Shown in pieces: positions 21,616 through 31,816 of a stretch of DNA of 64,000 bases. The number at the start of each line of letters is the position of its first letter. The first letter of the stretch is position 1. The stretch lies in the sequence record SRR22947725_171; one strand, 5' to 3'. A program made the translations under genes and the position numbers. The notes beneath the pieces were generated by a model. That model was not told where the DNA came from. It ran no database searches and saw nothing but the letters and a program-made list of their open reading frames with translations.

Positions 21616-22482
21616 ATGGATAACTTAAAGGGCATCCTATTTATGATTCTCGCGATGGCAGGTTTTGCATTTGAGGATCTTTTTATTAAAATGCTCTCAA
21701 CTTATTTTCCAATATCAGAAGTAATAATAATCCTTGGGTTTACTGGGACAGTTGTATTCCTAATTATTGCACTTCTGCAGCGTGCGCCAATTATTCATAA
21801 AGATCTATTAAACAAACATGTAATAATTCGAACAATTTGTGAGCTTTTAGGAGCAGTTTTTTTTGTTACAGCAATTGCTTTAACGCCTCTTTCATCTGCC
21901 ACAGCAATTCTACAAATAGCGCCATTATTAGTAACAATTGGTGCTGTAATATTTTTTAAAGAAAAAGTAGGTTGGAGACGCTGGACGGCAGTATTTATTG
22001 GCTTTATAGGTGTATTATTGATTGTCCGTCCTGGCTTTGAAGGGTTTATGCCAGCATCAATATTTGCATTACTTGGATCCGTATTTTTAGCAGCTCGTGA
22101 TCTAGCAACTCGCGCTATGCAAGTTAAACTTCCTTCGGTAACAATTGCATTGTATGCCTTCATAGCTTTTGGAATCTCAGGTATTCTAATTATTCCATTT
22201 AACTCACCAATGGTAATTCCTACATCTAATCAAATTCTATATTTTATTGGCGCATCTGCCTTTGGTGTAATTGCTTATTACTCACTTGTTATCTCTTCAA
22301 GAATTGGTGAAATGTCAGTTATATCTCCGTTTAGATATTCAAGAATAGTTTTTGCTATGTTGCTTGCAATTATCATTCTTGAGGAGAATCCAGATAGCTT
22401 AACCATAATTGGAGCTTCAATTGTAGTAGTCTCAGGACTTTATACATTCGTCCGTGAAACTGTTTTAAAAAAATCACAATAA
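21616..22482 (+). CDS. DMT/EamA family transporter
   Basis: Hydrophobic profile, EKVGWRRWTAV..GFIGVLLIVRPG, SPFRYS. Confidence 0.9.
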   Translation: MDNLKGILFMILAMAGFAFEDLFIKMLSTYFPISEVIIILGFTGTVVFLIIALLQRAPIIHKDLLNKHVIIRTICELLGAVFFVTAIALTPLSSATAILQIAPLLVTIGAVIFFKEKVGWRRWTAVFIGFIGVLLIVRPGFEGFMPASIFALLGSVFLAARDLATRAMQVKLPSVTIALYAFIAFGISGILIIPFNSPMVIPTSNQILYFIGASAFGVIAYYSLVISSRIGEMSVISPFRYSRIVFAMLLAIIILEENPDSLTIIGASIVVVSGLYTFVRETVLKKSQ

Positions 22483-22554
22483 ATTAGAATGGTTTAAAAA
22501 ATATAAGGCATATCTTCATTTTTAAAAACTTAAAATATTTTGTTTGAAAAAAGC

Positions 22555-22583
22555 TTGCTATACTTATCAAAATTGTCTAACAT
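22555..22583 (+). promoter_or_regulatory. Putative sigma70 promoter of creatinase
   Basis: TTGCTA-N17-TAACAT, 31 bp before the ATG. Confidence 0.5.
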
Positions 22584-22614
22584 CCGCTCAAATTAAATAT
22601 ATCCAGGATTTGCT

Positions 22615-23820
22615 ATGAACATGCCCAGAACGATTCTTATTCCAAATGGTGATACTATCACCCATACATTTAGTGATCAAGAATACTTAGATAGGCAAAA
22701 AAAACTAAAAGATCATATGGCTCTATGCAATATTGATACTATTATTTTTACCTCTATCCATGGCATTAATTACTATAGTGATTTTCTTTACTGTTCATTT
22801 GGAAGGCCTTATGCACTTGTAGTAACGCAAGACAAAGTAACATCTGTTACTGCCAATATTGATGGCGGTCAACCTTTTAGACGTACCTTTGGTGAAAATC
22901 TGGTCTACACCGATTGGCAAAAAGACAGCTTCTTTCATGCCCTACAGAAGCTTGTCAAAAATACTGGAAAAATTGGTATTGAATATGACCACATAACCAA
23001 AAAACGTTTAGATAAACTTGGCGCAGCATTCGACCAAGCAGACTTTGTTGATATTTCCGTTGACTGTATGAAGATGCGTTCAATTAAATCAGATGAGGAA
23101 ATCGCACACATCATCCAGGGAGCAAATGTTTGTGATATTGGTGGTGCTGCATTAGTTGAAGCAATTAAAGAAGGAGCTCCTGAGCATGAAGTTGCACTTC
23201 ACTCCACACAAGCCATGGTTAGAGAAATTGCAAAGCGCTATCCGCATTCAGAGCTAATGGATACTTGGACGTGGTTTCAATCTGGAATCAATACTGATGG
23301 TGCACATAATCCAGTCACCACAAGACAAGTTCAGAAAGGAGATATCTTAAGTCTTAACTGTTTTTCAATGATTGCTGGCTATTATGTTGCGCTAGAAAGA
23401 ACCTTGTTTTATGATCATATTGATGATGCATCTTTAAAGCTATGGGAAATAAATGTCAAAGTTCATGAAGAAGGCATGAAACTAATTAAGCCTGGAGTAG
23501 CATGCAAGGATATTGCGCTTGAACTGAATAAAATTTTTGAGGAATACGGTTTACTCGAAAGTAGGACTTTTGGCTATGGGCACTCGTTCGGAGTTCTGTC
23601 TCATTACTATGGCCGTGAGGCTGGCGTTGAATTAAGAGAGGACATTGATACCGTTTTACAAAAAAATATGGTAGTTTCTATGGAGCCAATGATTATGATT
23701 CCAGAGGGTAAGCCAGGAGCAGGAGGTTATAGGGAGCATGACGTAATGGTTCTTACTGAAGATAGTGCTTATGACATTACAAAATTCCCATTTGGCCCAG
23801 AGCACAACATTATCACTTAA
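22615..23820 (+). CDS. Creatinase (creatine amidinohydrolase, M24 fold)
   Basis: FLYCSFGRPY, ELMDTWTWFQSGINTDGAHNPVT, ALERT, FGYGHSFGVLSHYYGREAG, SMEPM, GGYREHD. Confidence 0.92.
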   Translation: MNMPRTILIPNGDTITHTFSDQEYLDRQKKLKDHMALCNIDTIIFTSIHGINYYSDFLYCSFGRPYALVVTQDKVTSVTANIDGGQPFRRTFGENLVYTDWQKDSFFHALQKLVKNTGKIGIEYDHITKKRLDKLGAAFDQADFVDISVDCMKMRSIKSDEEIAHIIQGANVCDIGGAALVEAIKEGAPEHEVALHSTQAMVREIAKRYPHSELMDTWTWFQSGINTDGAHNPVTTRQVQKGDILSLNCFSMIAGYYVALERTLFYDHIDDASLKLWEINVKVHEEGMKLIKPGVACKDIALELNKIFEEYGLLESRTFGYGHSFGVLSHYYGREAGVELREDIDTVLQKNMVVSMEPMIMIPEGKPGAGGYREHDVMVLTEDSAYDITKFPFGPEHNIIT

Positions 23821-23825
23821 GCTAA

Positions 23826-24608
23826 GTGCCTAATCAAATGATGCAGATAGATTATTCGCAATTACTAGAAGAGTTGCGAGAAGTTGCTCGAGACGCTGGT
23901 CGTGAGATCATGAGAATCTATAAAAGCTCAATCGAGGTCAACTTCAAAGATGATGGATCTCCAGTTACTCTTGCTGATGAGGCTGCAGAGAATGTCATTC
24001 TAGGGAAGTTGAAAGAAATTATTCCTGATATCCCAATCATTTCAGAGGAAAACTCAAGTAGCCATCAAGCAGAGGTTACAGAACAATTTTTCCTAATTGA
24101 CCCACTGGATGGAACCAAAGAATTCCTTAAAAAGGATGGGCTTGGATCATTTACAGTCAACATTGGTCTAATAGAAAATAGAATTCCTACTTTAGGAGTT
24201 GTCTATGCACCAGCTCTGGATCGGATGTTTTTTGCTTCAAGCGCTACAGGAGCTTTTGAAGAATCAAAAAAAGGTATTCAGAAAATTACAATAAGACCTG
24301 TCCCAAATTCTGGCCCTATAGCTGTTGCAAGTGTCTCTCATCGAGATGAATCGACGAATAATTGGCTTAATAGCAATCATATTAAAGATACAATTTCTAT
24401 TGGATCTTCATTAAAATTTTGTTTAGTTGCCTGCGGTGAGGCTGATGTTTATCCTCGATTTGGACCAACTATGGAGTGGGATACAGCTGCTGGAGATGCA
24501 GTATTAAGGTCAGCAGGTGGGAAAGTCTTACTACCAAGTGGAGAGTTCTTTAGCTACGGAAAGTCAAACTACAGAAACAGCGCTTTCATTGCCCATGGTA
24601 GTTTCTGA
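23826..24608 (+). CDS. cysQ: 3'(2'),5'-bisphosphate nucleotidase
   Basis: KDDGSPVT.AD, ISEE, IDPLDGTKEF, GSSLKFC, YPRFGPTMEWDTAAG. Confidence 0.93.
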   Translation: MPNQMMQIDYSQLLEELREVARDAGREIMRIYKSSIEVNFKDDGSPVTLADEAAENVILGKLKEIIPDIPIISEENSSSHQAEVTEQFFLIDPLDGTKEFLKKDGLGSFTVNIGLIENRIPTLGVVYAPALDRMFFASSATGAFEESKKGIQKITIRPVPNSGPIAVASVSHRDESTNNWLNSNHIKDTISIGSSLKFCLVACGEADVYPRFGPTMEWDTAAGDAVLRSAGGKVLLPSGEFFSYGKSNYRNSAFIAHGSF

Positions 24609-24614
24609 TTAATT

Positions 24615-25133
24615 CTAACTTTCATAAGAGTATATTTCGACCATCATCTCATCAGCAATTTGCTCTAGCTTATCTCTGATTAGATTTTCATCAAGCGAGT
24701 TGGGCAGGTGAAGATTAATTTGGGCTTTAAAGAGCTGCTCTCCAGACATTGAAGCATCAATTATCTCAGTCTTTAGCTCTTCAACGTTAGCTTCCAACTC
24801 ATCAGCTAAAACATGAGAAAGCTTATTTATAATTCCTACATGGTTTTGGCCAATCAGTTCAATGTTATAACTCATAACGTTGTTAAGTTCATCAACTGGT
24901 TTAGTTTCCTCACATGCAATTTGAAGACCTAAAGTGGAAGAGGTCAGTTCTTTTTTTAGTTTTACAGCATTACTTGAAGGCACATTAACTTTAAGAATGC
25001 CTGCAAACTTTCCTTCAAAACTCGACATATTACTTTCAATCCAATCACCATTATTTGCAACAATGATTTTGGAAAGGCCGTCAACAAGCCCAGACTTATC
25101 GTCTCCTAAAACACTAATCAAAAATGATTTCAT
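24615..25133 (-). CDS. gcvR: Glycine cleavage system regulatory protein (tandem ACT domains)
   Basis: Two ACT repeats (LGDDKSGLV; IGQNHVGII), directly after gcvP. Confidence 0.8.
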   Translation of the reverse strand: MKSFLISVLGDDKSGLVDGLSKIIVANNGDWIESNMSSFEGKFAGILKVNVPSSNAVKLKKELTSSTLGLQIACEETKPVDELNNVMSYNIELIGQNHVGIINKLSHVLADELEANVEELKTEIIDASMSGEQLFKAQINLHLPNSLDENLIRDKLEQIADEMMVEIYSYES

Positions 25134-25139
25134 ATAAAT

Positions 25140-27992
25140 CTACTTATAATCTTCTACACTAGGACAAGAACAAACCAAATTCTTATCTCCATAGACATTA
25201 TCCACTCTCGAAACTGGCGGCCAATACTTAACTCGCCTCAGACTTTCGACGGGATAAGCCGCCTCTTCTCTGGAATATGAAAAATCCCATTGAGACGATG
25301 TTACCATTTCTAAAGTGTGGGGCGAATTAATTAACGGATTATCTTCAGTAGAATATTCACCTGACTCAACCTTTTTAATCTCTTTTCTGATTTGAATCAT
25401 TGCATCACAGAATCGATCAAGCTCATCTAATGATTCTGACTCAGTTGGCTCAATCATTAACGTTCCAGCAACTGGGAAAGACATTGTTGGAGCATGAAAT
25501 CCAAAATCAATAAGGCGCTTAGCAACATCATCAACACTAATACCTACTGAATCTTTAATAGGTCTTATATCAATAATACACTCATGAGCGATTCTTCCAT
25601 TTTCATCACTGTAAAGTATTGGATAGTGCTCCTCAAGCTTTTTAGCTATGTAGTTTGCATTGAGTATGGCATTACATGTTGCCTCATAGAGTCCATCTTT
25701 TCCAAGCATTGCAATATACATCCAACTAATTGGCAAAATACTGCCAGATCCCCATGGAGCACCAGAAATACTTCCAACATCGGTATTATTTAAAGGTGTT
25801 CTTGGCAAAAAGTCGATGAGGTGTTCTTTTACACCTATGGGACCAACACCTGGACCGCCTCCACCATGGGGTATCGCAAATGTCTTGTGAAGGTTCAGAT
25901 GTGATACATCACCTCCAAACTCTCCTGGAGCAGAAACTCCAACCATCGCATTCATATTTGCACCATCAATATAGACCTGACCACCTGCGTTATGAACAAT
26001 GTCACATACTTCTCTAACATCTTTTTCAAAAACACCATGCGTCGAAGGGTATGTAATCATTATTGCTGCTAAATTTTCTTCGTGCTCTTTAGTTTTTGCT
26101 CTTAAATCCTCAAGATCTATATTGCCATCAGAGGCACTTTCAATCACGATAACCTTCATTCCCGCCATTTGGGCAGAAGCAGGGTTAGTTCCATGAGCCG
26201 ATGATGGTATGAGACATATATTTCGATTTTCATCGCCTCTACTTCGGTGATATCCCCTTATGGCAATTAAACCAGCATACTCGCCCTGAGCTCCAGAATT
26301 AGGTTGCAGTGAAATGGCTGAGTAACCTGTGGCTTCACAAAGCATTTCCTCAAGCTCACTTATCATTTGCTGATAGCCAATTACCTGGTTCATTGGAACT
26401 GCTGGATGAATTTGTGAAAATTCTGGCCAACTCACTGGTATCAACTCAGCTGCAGCGTTAAGTTTCATAGTGCATGACCCTAAGGGAATCATTGAACGAT
26501 CTAGAGCAATATCTTTATCCCCTAAATAACGGATATATCTCATCATATTTGTTTCAGAACGATAAGTATTAAAGACTTTATGCGTTAGAAATTTAGAATT
26601 TCTTTGTAAGCTCTTTTGAATTTTTGATTTATTTTTTTCAAACAACGACTGTGCACTAAGATCTGACTCAGTATTGAAGATCCTCCATAAATACTCAATA
26701 TCTTCGGGTGTGCTAAGTTCATCAAAAGATACTGAAACAAGTGTTTTACTAAACACATTAACGTTGTATCCATTTTTTTCAGCTTGCATAACAATAGCAT
26801 CTGAGTTTTTAACCTCAATCGTTAACGTATCAAAATATGAATCATTAAGTACTTTAAATCCCATTTGCTTCATGCCATCTGCAAAGACACTGGCATATTG
26901 AAAAATACGACCAGCAATGTTTTTTAAACCCTCTGGACCATGATATACCGCATACATGCTGGCCATGATTGCCAAGAGAGCCTGTGCAGTACAAATGTTA
27001 CTAGTTGCTTTCTCACGGCGAATATGTTGCTCTCGAGTCTGGAGTGCTAAACGATATGCTAGCCTTCCCTTTGTATCAACAGATGCACCAATAATTCGCC
27101 CTGGCATTGATCGTTTGTACTTATCACTAATTGACATGTAAGCAGCATGAGGACCGCCATATCCTATTGGAACACCAAATCTTTGGGTATTTCCTACTAC
27201 TATATCTGCTCCCATTTCACCAGGTGGTTTTAAGAGCGTCAAAGCTAGTAGATCGGCACTAACACTAACAAGTGCTTTCTTTTCGTGAATAGATTCGATT
27301 AATTTTGAATAGTCGCTAAAAGCACCATAAGTATTTGGATACTGCAGAAGAACACCAAAACAATCGAGGTCTTTTAAGTCAATCAGAGGATCACCAACAA
27401 CAACCTCAATATTTAGAGGCTCAGCTCTAGTTTTAATAACTTCAAGATTTTGAGCATAACAATCATTTGCCACAAAAAAAGTATTACTCTTTGATTTACT
27501 AACGCGATGACACAGAGTCATGGCTTCTGCACACGCAGTTGCCTCATCAAGCATCGATGCATTCGCTAAATCCATACCTGTCAAATCTGAGACCATGGTC
27601 TGAAAATTCATCAAAGCCTCTAGTCGGCCTTGGGATATCTCGGGTTGATAAGGAGTATAAGCTGTGTACCATGCTGGGTTTTCCTCGACATTTCTCTGAA
27701 TAACTGGAGGCGTGATGGAATTATAGTAGCCTTGGCCAATGAAAGATTTGTAACGAATATTCATCCTTGCAAGATTTCTTAGCTGTTTAAGTGCTGCAAG
27801 TTCTGACATACCATCTGCAATATTCATCGGTTCTTTTCGACGAATAACATCTGGAACTATTTCATCAATTAATTTATCAAGGTTATCAAAACCAAGATAG
27901 TTAAGCATTTGATTCTTTTGTTCGCTTGAAGAGCCAATATGTCTATTGGTAAAAGCGTCATTATTCAATAAATCTTCAATCTTATTTGCCAT
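25140..27992 (-). CDS. gcvP: Glycine dehydrogenase (decarboxylating), P protein
   Basis: [51 protein letters not shown]. Confidence 0.98.
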   Translation of the reverse strand: MANKIEDLLNNDAFTNRHIGSSSEQKNQMLNYLGFDNLDKLIDEIVPDVIRRKEPMNIADGMSELAALKQLRNLARMNIRYKSFIGQGYYNSITPPVIQRNVEENPAWYTAYTPYQPEISQGRLEALMNFQTMVSDLTGMDLANASMLDEATACAEAMTLCHRVSKSKSNTFFVANDCYAQNLEVIKTRAEPLNIEVVVGDPLIDLKDLDCFGVLLQYPNTYGAFSDYSKLIESIHEKKALVSVSADLLALTLLKPPGEMGADIVVGNTQRFGVPIGYGGPHAAYMSISDKYKRSMPGRIIGASVDTKGRLAYRLALQTREQHIRREKATSNICTAQALLAIMASMYAVYHGPEGLKNIAGRIFQYASVFADGMKQMGFKVLNDSYFDTLTIEVKNSDAIVMQAEKNGYNVNVFSKTLVSVSFDELSTPEDIEYLWRIFNTESDLSAQSLFEKNKSKIQKSLQRNSKFLTHKVFNTYRSETNMMRYIRYLGDKDIALDRSMIPLGSCTMKLNAAAELIPVSWPEFSQIHPAVPMNQVIGYQQMISELEEMLCEATGYSAISLQPNSGAQGEYAGLIAIRGYHRSRGDENRNICLIPSSAHGTNPASAQMAGMKVIVIESASDGNIDLEDLRAKTKEHEENLAAIMITYPSTHGVFEKDVREVCDIVHNAGGQVYIDGANMNAMVGVSAPGEFGGDVSHLNLHKTFAIPHGGGGPGVGPIGVKEHLIDFLPRTPLNNTDVGSISGAPWGSGSILPISWMYIAMLGKDGLYEATCNAILNANYIAKKLEEHYPILYSDENGRIAHECIIDIRPIKDSVGISVDDVAKRLIDFGFHAPTMSFPVAGTLMIEPTESESLDELDRFCDAMIQIRKEIKKVESGEYSTEDNPLINSPHTLEMVTSSQWDFSYSREEAAYPVESLRRVKYWPPVSRVDNVYGDKNLVCSCPSVEDYK

Positions 27993-28006
27993 TAAAGTCT
28001 CTCTTG

Positions 28007-28378
28007 TTATTCCTCAATAAAGGTGTTGTATGCGTCCTCATCCATAAGGTCATTTAACTCTTCAGGATTTGATAGTTTCACCTTGATGAACCAACCCTCA
28101 CCCATCGAGTCCTCAGTGACAATCTCTGGCTCATCTTCTAGTCGAGAGTTTACCTCTATAATTGAACCTGAGACTGGCGCAACTAGGTCAGAAGCAGCTT
28201 TGACAGACTCTATAACTGAAATGTTTTCGCCACGAGAACACTCATCACCAACCTCTGGCAACTCAACATAAACTAAATCACCAAGCTGCTCCTGGGCAAA
28301 ATCAGTTATCCCAATAACCACTAAATCATCTTCCTTCTCATCAACCCACTCATGATCTTCAGAATACTTAATACTCAT
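28007..28378 (-). CDS. gcvH: Glycine cleavage system H protein
   Basis: [26 protein letters not shown] lipoyl Lys. Confidence 0.97.
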   Translation of the reverse strand: MSIKYSEDHEWVDEKEDDLVVIGITDFAQEQLGDLVYVELPEVGDECSRGENISVIESVKAASDLVAPVSGSIIEVNSRLEDEPEIVTEDSMGEGWFIKVKLSNPEELNDLMDEDAYNTFIEE

Positions 28379-28397
28379 TTCTTCTCCTTATTAATTT

Positions 28398-29522
28398 TCA
28401 ACCTCTGTAATAATTGTGTTTAACAAACGGCAGATTGACAACCTCAACTGCTATTCTTTTTCCCCTTACCAGTGCAAAAAGTTTTGACTGGTTCATAGTA
28501 TATTTTATTTTTAATCTCGCAATCGCTATCGGTTTATTCAAAGTTGGGCCAAAACCTCCACTAGTCACCTCACCAACCTGAACTCCATCTTCATTTTCAA
28601 TCAGAGCACCATCTCTCACAGGCATTTTGCCCTCAGGAAGTATTCCAACAATCCTTGCTTTAGGGCCGTCACTTAGGTGGCTTAAAACTATATTGTCCCC
28701 CAAATAGCCGCCCTCACGCTGGCCTCCTGTCCTTCTGACTTTAGAGAGTGCCCAATTTAAAGATGACTCAACCGGACTATGGTTATCATCAAGCTCATGT
28801 CCATAGAGCGATAAGCCAGCCTCTAATCGAAGTGAGTCTCTTGCACCTAAACCTACCCACTCAACCTCATCACTAGAAAGAAGAAGAGCAGCAAATTTTT
28901 CAGCATCACTTGATGGCATTGATATTTCAAAACCATCCTCGCCAGTGTATCCAGAACGAGTCACAAAGCAATCAATATCTTTTATTGTTAAATGCTTAGC
29001 AGTCATAAAGGTCATGTCAGTGACAGAGGGAGCAATTTCTCCCAACACTTCTACAGCCTTGGGCCCCTGTAATGCCAACAAAGCTAAATTTTGACATAGT
29101 TCAACTTTACAACTAAGGCCTATTGACTGGTTTAAATGCTCCAAATCTGAATCTTTACAAGCTGCATTCACTACTAGAAACAAACAATTATCGCCAAGAT
29201 TGGTAACCATTAAATCGTCTGATACGCCGCCATTGCTATTTGTAAAAAGGGCATAGCGCGACTTCATTAAGGGTAAATCTACAATATCTACAGGTACCAA
29301 AGACTCAAGAGCACACATTGCTTTTGCACCTGTTATTTTAATTTGGCCCATATGTGAAACATCAAATAGTCCTGCCTTTTCTCGAGTTTGTGTGTGTTCT
29401 TTTTTGATGCCAAGAGGGTAACTAACTGGCATTTCATATCCAGCAAATGGAACCATTTTTGCACCTGCATTAATATGCATTTGATGCAAAGGGGTAGTTC
29501 TAATTTCGCTTCCTGCAGACAT
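28398..29522 (-). CDS. gcvT: Glycine cleavage system aminomethyltransferase T
   Basis: MVPFAGYEMP, FDVSHMGQ, RSGYTGEDGFEI, GLGARDSLRLEAG. Confidence 0.97.
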   Translation of the reverse strand: MSAGSEIRTTPLHQMHINAGAKMVPFAGYEMPVSYPLGIKKEHTQTREKAGLFDVSHMGQIKITGAKAMCALESLVPVDIVDLPLMKSRYALFTNSNGGVSDDLMVTNLGDNCLFLVVNAACKDSDLEHLNQSIGLSCKVELCQNLALLALQGPKAVEVLGEIAPSVTDMTFMTAKHLTIKDIDCFVTRSGYTGEDGFEISMPSSDAEKFAALLLSSDEVEWVGLGARDSLRLEAGLSLYGHELDDNHSPVESSLNWALSKVRRTGGQREGGYLGDNIVLSHLSDGPKARIVGILPEGKMPVRDGALIENEDGVQVGEVTSGGFGPTLNKPIAIARLKIKYTMNQSKLFALVRGKRIAVEVVNLPFVKHNYYRG

Positions 29523-29684
29523 TATATTTTGTCCAAAAAAAGGTTATTATATAAGATTAGTCTTTTTAGTTGAATTCAATTGGTCATGAATTCACATAAA
29601 TAACACTCGTCCATCACTTGGTGCATGATTTCTATTGATTTCTAAACAATTCTTTATATCTCGATTATGAAAAATAAAAATTAA

Positions 29685-30623
29685 TTAATACCCACTATCA
29701 AGGCTATATATGGGATATGGAGCTTCACCATTTTGAATTAGATGGATATTTTCTGCAATAGTTTTAGCTGCTGAGCGAGGATTGCTTTGACCCGCAATGT
29801 GAGGGGTTACATAAACTGAAGGGTGCATCCAAAGTGAATTATTTTCTGGAAGAGGCTCCTGTGCAAAAACATCTAAAGCTGCTGCTTTAATATGGCCACT
29901 ATCCAGAAAATTTATGAGATCATTCTCATTAATTATGCCGCCTCTACCAATATTTATAATAAAGGTACCCTGAGGCATAAAAGTAAGTTCATTTTTTGTT
30001 AGTATATTTTTAGTATTGTCAGTTAGTGGTAAGACATTTATCAAGATATGAATTTGACTCAGAAAATCTTCAAGCTGTTCATGGCCACAATAATATTTTA
30101 TGCTCCCAAGTGACTCCTTAGGACGAGCACCCCAACCAATAACTTTAAAATCTAAGTTAACAAGTGAATCACCAATAGCCTTCCCAATGTTTCCTAACCC
30201 CATGATTCCAATTGTACGATCTTCAGATTGAATTGAGCTTTGCTGAATCCATTCGCTGCTTTGTTGCTGAATTCTATAGAGGTACTGATCACTATGAAAA
30301 TGTAATACCCAGTGCAGCGAGTGAAGGATCATTTCATGCGTTAACTTTTTATCAACTAAACGGACTATGGGGAGACCTAAAGGCAAATCAGGATCGCTAA
30401 TCACGTGGTCTACTCCAGCACCTAAAGATAGAATTGCTTTTAAATTTGGATATTTTTTAAGAATACCCCTAGGATGCTTCCAGACTACTGCATACTCTAC
30501 ATCATTAACATCTCCCTCATCAGGGTATACGTTAATATCCATCTCTGGAATCGCCTCTTCAAGGCCACTACGCCAAACCTCCATGTCCTCCCAGAAATCA
30601 GTAGAAGCTAATAATATTGACAT
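29685..30623 (-). CDS. ghrA: Glyoxylate/hydroxypyruvate reductase A (D-2-hydroxyacid dehydrogenase)
   Basis: SLGAGVDH, GIMGLGNIG, INIGRG, LDVF..EPLP, TPHIA. Confidence 0.85.
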   Translation of the reverse strand: MSILLASTDFWEDMEVWRSGLEEAIPEMDINVYPDEGDVNDVEYAVVWKHPRGILKKYPNLKAILSLGAGVDHVISDPDLPLGLPIVRLVDKKLTHEMILHSLHWVLHFHSDQYLYRIQQQSSEWIQQSSIQSEDRTIGIMGLGNIGKAIGDSLVNLDFKVIGWGARPKESLGSIKYYCGHEQLEDFLSQIHILINVLPLTDNTKNILTKNELTFMPQGTFIINIGRGGIINENDLINFLDSGHIKAAALDVFAQEPLPENNSLWMHPSVYVTPHIAGQSNPRSAAKTIAENIHLIQNGEAPYPIYSLDSGY

Positions 30624-30669
30624 TGTTATAAATGAAAATTTGTTATAAAGATGAAGTAAATTTTGGTCA

Positions 30670-31680
30670 TTATATCTTTGAGTGTGCGCTTAAATAATCT
30701 AAAATTTGATTCACAAGATCATCTATCTTTGCATCACTGTTCTGAAGGACAATTTCTGACATCTCAGGCTCCTCATAATCAGAGTCAATTCCGGTGAAGT
30801 TTTTTAATTTTCCAGACCTTGCTTTCTTATAAAGCCCTTTAGAGTCCCTGGCTTCACAAACCTCAATAGGGGTATCTATATAAACCTCAATGAACTCTCC
30901 ATCATTAAATAAATTCCGAGCCATTAAACGTTCAGCTCGGAAAGGGGAGATAAAAGAAACTATGGTAATCAATCCTGAAGAAACCATAAGCTTTGAAACC
31001 TCAGCAATTCTCCTTATATTTTCAACCCTGTCTTGATCTGTAAATCCTAAATCTCTATTAAGCCCATGACGAACATTGTCACCATCAAGCAGCATAGTAT
31101 GCTTTCCAAGCTCATATAGTTTTTTCTCAAGATCATCGGCTATGGTTGATTTTCCAGAACCGGAAAGCCCAGTAAACCAAAGCACACATGGCTTTTGTTT
31201 TTTATTAATGGAGCGAACTTCTTGGTTAATATTTGTTTCATGCCAGCTAATATTTTGAGCACGCCTGAGTGCAAAATCAATTAAACCGATCCCAACTATA
31301 GAATTATTTAATGAATCAAAAATTTCAAAAGAGCCTTTTATTTGACTTTCACTGTAGGCATCAAAAGATACTTTCTGACCTAAGGACAATTTACAGTAAC
31401 CATACTCATTTTGAAAGAGCTTTTTGGCTGCAAGTTGACTATGTGTCTTAGCATCGATTTTGAAGCTAAGGTCAGTTACCTGAACAGTTGTGCTTTGAGT
31501 ATCAAGAAGAATACTGTAAGTTCGCTCTGGGATTAATGGATCGACATCAAGCCATAAAATATAAGCAGCTAGTTGATCTGATACTTTTGGTATATCTTCA
31601 GTCTTACTGGGGCTCTCATGACCGTCATGAACCTTTTCAAGGAGTTCGTAGAGTCGATCAAAGTGCACGTTCTTTGGCAT
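30670..31680 (-). CDS. cysC: Adenylyl-sulfate kinase with an N-terminal remnant of CysN domain III
   Basis: WFTGLSGSGKST, LDGDNVRHGL, ENIRR, SFISPF, RD.KGLY, NFTGIDS.YE.P. The N-terminal ~135 aa resemble CysN/NodQ domain III and the DFALRRA.N linker. Confidence 0.88.
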   Translation of the reverse strand: MPKNVHFDRLYELLEKVHDGHESPSKTEDIPKVSDQLAAYILWLDVDPLIPERTYSILLDTQSTTVQVTDLSFKIDAKTHSQLAAKKLFQNEYGYCKLSLGQKVSFDAYSESQIKGSFEIFDSLNNSIVGIGLIDFALRRAQNISWHETNINQEVRSINKKQKPCVLWFTGLSGSGKSTIADDLEKKLYELGKHTMLLDGDNVRHGLNRDLGFTDQDRVENIRRIAEVSKLMVSSGLITIVSFISPFRAERLMARNLFNDGEFIEVYIDTPIEVCEARDSKGLYKKARSGKLKNFTGIDSDYEEPEMSEIVLQNSDAKIDDLVNQILDYLSAHSKI

Positions 31681-31816
31681 AGCTTATTTGTGAATAAAAT
31701 TATGGATTGGTAGGGATATTATAATTAATTAGTCAATTCAACTTTTAGTGAATTTTTTAATAGCTAGAATTACTTTCATAATGTAGAATGTCAGTTTTAT
31801 AATCTTCAAAATTACC

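Noticed and set aside
21795-22163. Short antisense or alternate-frame ORFs (this 122-aa one, 32344-32694, 56609-56935, 39495-39845 and others)
   Set aside because: They lie within well-supported genes and have no motifs; shadow ORFs
29523-29684. Glycine riboswitch upstream of gcvT
   Set aside because: No GGAGA/CCGAAG/CTCTCAGG core motifs on the minus strand
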